DNA from: Lama glama
Taxonomy: Eukaryota
DNA length: 64,000 bases
Direction: 5' to 3'
NCBI GenBank assembly: GCA_028534125.1
Contig: CM052839.1
Span: 10,292,001 to 10,356,000 of the forward strand
Part shown: piece after piece, positions 62,530 through 64,000 of the stretch
How the letters are laid out: each line of letters begins with the position of its first letter
Numbering within the stretch: the first letter of the stretch is position 1
Notes under the pieces: model-generated
The model's input: the letters and a program-made list of their open reading frames with translations, nothing else
Told to the model about the DNA's origin: nothing
The model's database searches: none
Position numbers and translations under genes: made by a program

Positions 62530-62821
62530 NNNNNNNNNNNNNNNNNNNNNNNNNNNNNNNNNNNNNNNNNNNNNNNNNNNNNNNNNNNNNNNNNNNNNNN
62601 NNNNNNNNNNNNNNNNNNNNNNNNNNNNNNNNNNNNNNNNNNNNNNNNNNNNNNNNNNNNNNNNNNNNNNNNNNNNNNNNNNNNNNNNNNNNNNNNNNNN
62701 NNNNNNNNNNNNNNNNNNNNNNNNNNNNNNNNNNNNNNNNNNNNNNNNNNNNNNNNNNNNNNNNNNNNNNNNNNNNNNNNNNNNNNNNNNNNNNNNNNNN
62801 NNNNNNNNNNNNNNNNNNNNN
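62530..62821. other. Assembly gap (292 N), probably covering the rest of SHISA6 exon 1 and its splice donor
   Basis: N run begins right after the codons for ...YCCGT; the sequence after the gap is not Shisa-like. Confidence 0.95.
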
Positions 62822-64000
62822 GCCCCCGGCCTCCCGGCGGCCTCGGCCCTCTTCACGTGCTTCCCGGTCCTCTCCGCTCTGGGCATCACCCCCTCTCTCT
62901 TGGCTCTCGTAATTCACTCCCCCCACCCCCTTCTTTGACAGGCAATACACCACCAGCGCCTTCTGCACCCTCTTCTCCATTTTCCCGGGAAGGCACGCTT
63001 TGGTGGGTAGGGCGATTTACAAGGCAAAGTAAGGAGTGGTGGAGTCCATGAGTTTTGAGTATAAGAATTTTATGAATTCTGTAATCCTGGGTGGGGGTCC
63101 GGGGTGTAGTTTTCATGGCATGTGGGCACTTTGGTGTCAGCTCTTATTTATGTGGTTTTTCCGAGTCAAACCAGAGTGTCAGGTTCAACATAGGAAAGTG
63201 AACAATGTGGGAACCTTACTGGAAAGAGCGTTAACCGGATGTTCCCTTGTGTTGGAGAAGGGGGTGATAAGGAAAGGATGTCTCCCGGGTACGAAGGAAT
63301 GAAGATTTATCCATTGCATCTTGACCAAGGGCAGATGGTGTCTCTTTGTTGCATCCTGCCGAGTGGGACGCTTATCGTCCCTGCTGAGGCTGGAGGACTT
63401 GTTCTTTTAAACCCCGCAGGCAGAACTTTGAGTTAACACTTCTTGCTGTGTTAAACCCGGTGGGCATCTTTCACGGCTTACACTAGGGAGGCAGGGAGTG
63501 CTGCCTCCTACCAAAACTTACGCCCAGGGCTCAAAATATGGTAGCCCGTGTTTCCACCCTGACTGCCTCCCACCCTGACTGCCTCTAGCTCCTGGTGTGC
63601 CCCTTAGGGAGTCAAAGCCGGGGGAACAGGAAGCCAGCCTTTCTTTACAACTCTGGGAACGGTGCACCCAAGGGATGCAAACTCAGCTCTGTTCCCAGTC
63701 CCCTCTTGCTGATGAATGCCTGGATGTGGTTCAGCCAAGTCTTTCAAGGAACAAACCTTGCCCTAGGACATGCCTCCATTTCTAGCTCATGATGTGTGTG
63801 CTGCCCTATTACCCGGGACCACCCCTCAGACACAGCTGTTCAGAATTTGCCCAGCAGGCCCCCACCCCGAGCCTTACAGCTTTAGCTCATCTCTGCACTC
63901 TGCTTGGTACCCTTTTGGCCTGAAAACCTTCTTCCCTCGCTGCTGTGGATGTAAATCACCTGTACCTTGATGAAGAGACAGAAAGGCAGATAGAAATTTC
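62822..64000 (+). other. SHISA6: Probable SHISA6 intron 1 (5' part)
   Basis: Post-gap translation loses Shisa similarity and CpG density falls. Confidence 0.8.

Larger units (their letters stand above)
61130..62880 (+). promoter_or_regulatory. SHISA6: CpG island / GC-rich promoter and 5' leader of SHISA6
   Basis: Very high GC and CpG density, GC-box-like motifs, EGR-like ACGTGGGCG at about 61532, (GCTC)n and (GGC)n tracts; lies directly over and upstream of the SHISA6 ATG. The TSS cannot be determined. Confidence 0.9.

Noticed and set aside
61173-62980. Long antisense and alternative-frame ORFs (418, 258, 231 and 184 aa) and the N- and C-terminal extensions of the 426-aa ORF
   Set aside because: Artefacts of stop-poor CpG-island sequence and read-through across N gaps

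Overview
Mammalian genomic DNA, most likely a camelid: four tRNA-derived Vic-type SINEs and a camelid-type L1 3' end support this inference. About 61 kb is repeat-rich intergenic sequence (old L1, L2, MIR, MaLR/ERVL/ERV1 solo LTRs, MER DNA transposons, microsatellites) with a few repeat-free enhancer-like blocks. It is followed by a CpG-island promoter and the first coding exon of SHISA6 (CKAMP52, an AMPA-receptor auxiliary subunit; ATG at 62158, + strand). The 5' leader and the second half of exon 1 are interrupted by two assembly gaps (61918-62017 and 62530-62821). No other ORF in the track looks like a real gene. I found no convincing new biological system. The best leads are two upstream ATGs in the SHISA6 leader (one overlaps a consensus splice donor, one sits in a 14-bp palindrome), an 88-bp dispersed direct repeat, local AT-to-GC shifts inside old repeats, a CTCF motif cluster and a G-U-compatible hairpin. 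Repeat family names come from recalled consensus sequences, and repeat boundaries are approximate unless a target-site duplication (TSD) is given.
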